A DNA stretch of 62,997 nt, filler included, from Vannella sp. (Eukaryota), in the NCBI GenBank assembly GCA_023345925.1. It is 6 parts of 6 records of this genome, joined end to end, with 100 filler letters (N's around TTAATTAATTAA, not from the genome) between each part and the next. Parts side by side here need not be neighbours in the genome. Positions count along the whole stretch, not along the records: positions 49,632 to 62,997 come from JAJQQN010000752.1; 5 more parts are not named here. One strand, given 5' to 3'. The position numbers and the translations under genes are program-made. A model generated the notes under the pieces. That model had not been told where the DNA came from. It saw only the letters and a program-made list of their open reading frames with translations, and did not search any database. Shown here one piece after another: positions 61,388 through 62,997 of this stretch (position 1 is its first letter; every line of letters starts with the position of its first letter).

Positions 61388-62997
61388 TTACAGCCATTTC
61401 TTGCATTTGAAGAAGATGGTAGCCACACAGGTCCACGAGCACATACAGATAATAATTAAGAAGAACCAAAGGAGTCCCAGCCCCCACGTGGCACCAGGAA
61501 CTTCCACATTCATCCCCCAAATGGAGGATACCAGTGTCAAAGGAAGGACTATCGTCGTCATTGCACTGAATTTCTTCATAACCTGATCTTGTTTCAGTGC
61601 CAATCAGTTACTGGTTGAGTTGTAGGCTCACCTTGTTCATCTGATGTGAACCCTGTGACATGGCGATTGATATCAGTGCTAAGTAAGTCGCATTGGCATT
61701 ATTCAAAACATCTTCAGAGTGCTATTGTGTGTCAGATTCCAGTTCTGAGCAACAAAAAGAGAATAGAAACTGACTTGGAGCTGCTGCAGCATAAGAACTA
61801 CATGGTCCAAGATATCCCGAAGGTACAGCTTAATAAAGGGCTGTAACAGGTTCTGTTTCTCCGCTGACAGATGAACAAGAACGTCACGTTTGTACACAAG
61901 TTGCTCAGATAACTCTGCTATTTGCTGCCGAGAGACCGCTTTGCCGCCATAATCAGTTCATACACAGAGAATGATAGTCAAAAGCGGGTTCCGTACAGAT
62001 TCGTAGAATAAAGTCTTCCTGCGAGTCACTTCCAACCATTTGGAGAATGAAACTTCCTATTTGTCGTACCTCTGTCCCCACTGCTTCCACTTTGAGCATC
62101 AAGTCGTCGACAATAGAGTCCATCAATCGATAAGCCACCCATTCTGCTGTCTGGACCACTTCAGATCGATGAATAGCGTGATAGAGAACCTGTCCTTGGT
62201 GAGTTCCTTGCCCTTGTCTCACTTGTGGGAGGTCTCACTATGGGAAAGGAAGTGATGGGGTACTTGTGGATGCTTAGAACGAAGTTACGGAAGAGGAGAA
62301 TGTTCACATTGGCCAGGCGGACGTTATTGCTGTTCGGTTTGAACTGGCGCTCAGAGAAGACAATGTACAGGTACCTGGGATACTCCTCTACCTTCTCGCG
62401 AGTAGAGAGTACGCTCACGTCCTCTGTAGTGAGTGGATGCAAGCCAAACGCCCTCTCAATCCGAGATAACGTGTCAGGAGACGGGTTGAGGAGGTCAGCC
62501 CAATAGACCACTTTGTTCTTCTCTCTGCCAACATGGCTACGAACGCACTGCTTCCCCAGCGCCTCCAGAGCCGAGATATTGATCGACCCGTAAAGGCGTT
62601 CGCTCATGTTCGTCAGGAGGATCTCTCTGTTGTCCTTACTCAGTACATCGAACAAAGAAGGGTACGTCTCTTCAAGGAGCTGTTGGAAATCGGCCAGCCC
62701 CATGCTGTTGGGCTCCTCAGACGAAGTTTCCTCTTCCTCAAGGTAAAACAGGTGAGGAGCAGTTCTGCCACTCGTAGAGACTTCCTCAGACAAAGGCAAG
62801 GAAGTCTCTTGTATGGGGTTGTTACCAGGGAGCCCATCAAAGCTGCTGGTAAGCAAACATTCCGCATTCACCTCGGACACCAGCAAAGCCAAGTCCTCCT
62901 GGATGCGTTGCACAGGGTACGCGCCTTCTCCCTGTATCTGTGCGATACTGAGAGATCTCCTGTCCGAATCTGATGAGTGAGAAGAGTCCCCGTGCGT
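61388..62997 (-). CDS. CorA-family Mg2+ transporter (5' truncated by window end)
   Basis: FGLHPLTTED, REKVEEY, YLRDILDH, MKKFS...PLT..SSIWGMNV.VP (GMN motif) and two C-terminal TM helices. Confidence 0.92.

Overview
This is eukaryotic DNA from a compact, gene-dense protist genome with short GT-AG introns (mostly about 40-70 nt, CTRAC-like branch points) and intergenic gaps often under 250 bp. The gene content (STAT-like SH2 protein, cNMP-GRAM-cNMP module, glycogen debranching enzyme) suggests an amoebozoan, but that is inference. The window is not one locus: six contigs are joined by artificial 100-nt N-TTAATTAATTAA-N spacers (20474, 27314, 39026, 44553, 49532), so adjacency across spacers means nothing. 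About 30 genes are supportable. Housekeeping genes include SMC5, RPP30, EXO70, AGL, PSMB7, BAP31-like, Akr1/ZDHHC17, PiT, ABCA, SNM1-family nuclease, USP, CCDC22, TTLL, CorA and WS/DGAT. The most unusual items: (1) a FixL-type PAS domain keeping the heme-ligand His, fused to a RhoGAP-like domain and a cNMP-GRAM-SH3-cNMP tail, a candidate O2/cyclic-nucleotide sensor; (2) a secreted, probably GPI-anchored, bacterial-type PQQ sugar-dehydrogenase propeller fused to a heme-type DOMON domain; (3) an intronless ligase-kinase-2H phosphodiesterase RNA repair enzyme of the fungal Trl1 type; (4) a divergent STAT-like protein with a C-terminal SAM domain; (5) a PAXX-like NHEJ factor; (6) two mucin-stalk surface proteins with GAIN-B-like domains, one with an intact GPS cleavage site and one without; (7) an intronless RCC1-repeat family with a conserved KSAR C-terminal tail and a decaying copy; (8) an exact 22-nt non-coding sequence shared by two contigs. 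All family calls come from motif recognition by eye; no searches were run. Exon boundaries are approximate unless stated.
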